Assembly (NCBI RefSeq): GCF_018350175.1 | Contig: NC_058383.1 | Coordinates: 16,246,001 to 16,310,000 of the forward strand | Reading direction: 5' to 3' | Length of the DNA: 64,000 bases | Source: Felis catus | Lineage: Eukaryota | Shown here: positions 63,107 to 64,000 of the stretch, piece after piece | Numbering within the stretch: the stretch's first letter is position 1 | Layout of the letters: every line of letters begins with the position of its first letter | The notes under the pieces: model-generated | Databases searched by the model: none | Seen by the model: only the letters and a program-made list of their open reading frames with translations | Told to the model about the DNA's origin: nothing | Translations under genes and position numbers: made by a program

Positions 63107-64000
63107 CTTTCAATAGGCTCCACATCCAATGTGGAGCTTTACCCTGAGATCAAGAGTCACATGCTCTACTGATCAAGTGCCCCAATGAGGATTGCTTTGA
63201 ATCTACAGATGACTTTGGGCAGTATGAACATATTTTCATTATTAGTTCTTCTGGCCCATGAACACAATATCTTTCCATTTGTTTGTGTCTTCTTCAATTT
63301 CTTTCATCAAAGTCTTGTAGTCATTGCACAGATCTTTCACTTCCTTTGTTAAATTCCTAAGTATTTTATTGTTTTTGATGCTATTGTGAATAGGATATTT
63401 TTCTTTATTTCATTGTTAGTGTATAGAAACCTAACTGATTACTGTATTTTGAATTTATATCCTGCAATTTTACTGAGTTTGTTGAGTAATTACAAAGTTT
63501 TTTGGTAGAGTTTTTCGAATTTTCTATATGTAAAATCATCTGTACATAATGACGATTTTACTTCCATTCCAATTTAGATGGCTTTTATTTCCTTATCTTG
63601 TTTGATTCCCTTAGCCAGGATTCCCTTTGCTTCTGGAAATGAGTATTAGGTAAATAAGAGTGATGAGAATAGGCACCTTTGTCTTTCTCCTGATCTTAGA
63701 GGAAAAGCTTTCAACCCTTCCTTCATCATTGAGTATGATTTAGTTGTGGGTTGTCAGGTGGCCTTTATTATGTTGAATTATGCTTCTTCTATACCCAATA
63801 TATTGAAGGTTTTTTTTTTCTAATCATGAGAGGTTGTTTTCATCAAATGCTTTCTCTGCAGCTATTGAGAGGATCATATGATTTTTATTTCTCATTATAT
63901 TAATGTGTATCACCTTTATTGATTTGTGTATGTTGAACCATACTTGCATCCCGGGGATAAATCCCACTTGATCATGGTGTATGATCTTTTTAATGTGTTG
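62830..64000 (-). mobile_element. Old L1 ORF2-derived sequence (runs off window) with a short SINE whose tail is (TTTC)n 62941-63110
   Basis: Antisense L1 text (ttgctttggctatt..ttgaaccatacttgcatcccggggataaatcccacttgatcatggtg); SINE TSD ATGAGGATT. Confidence 0.88.

Noticed and set aside
62823..63172. Phe/Leu/Ser- and Lys/Glu/Arg-rich ORFs
   Set aside because: Translations of the (TTTC)n microsatellite.

Overview
Mammalian genomic DNA, almost certainly felid (dense SINEC_Fc-type tRNA-derived CAN-SINEs and cat-type L1 3' UTRs). Two complete nuclear-encoded mitochondrial genes lie head-to-tail on the minus strand. MRPS17 has 2 coding exons (130 aa) and a CpG promoter at ~51.5-52.0 kb. NIPSNAP2/GBAS has 10 coding exons (6765-45649), which I reassembled by hand into an uninterrupted 861-nt, 286-aa ORF with GT-AG introns. 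The rest is introns and intergenic DNA filled with SINEs, L1, L2/MIR, MaLR/ERVL LTRs, a MER58 and microsatellites. I see no convincing wholly new gene or system. The best second-look items are: two intronic L1s whose target-site duplications (TSDs) show 3' transductions, one with a triplicated target site; an exon 2-7 block that would circularise into a stop-free 525-nt ORF and is flanked by inverted SINEs; and a (CGG)11-12 repeat just upstream of the NIPSNAP2 ATG whose poly-Gly frame ends in exon 2. Repeat family names come from recalled consensus sequences, and repeat boundaries are approximate unless TSD coordinates are given.
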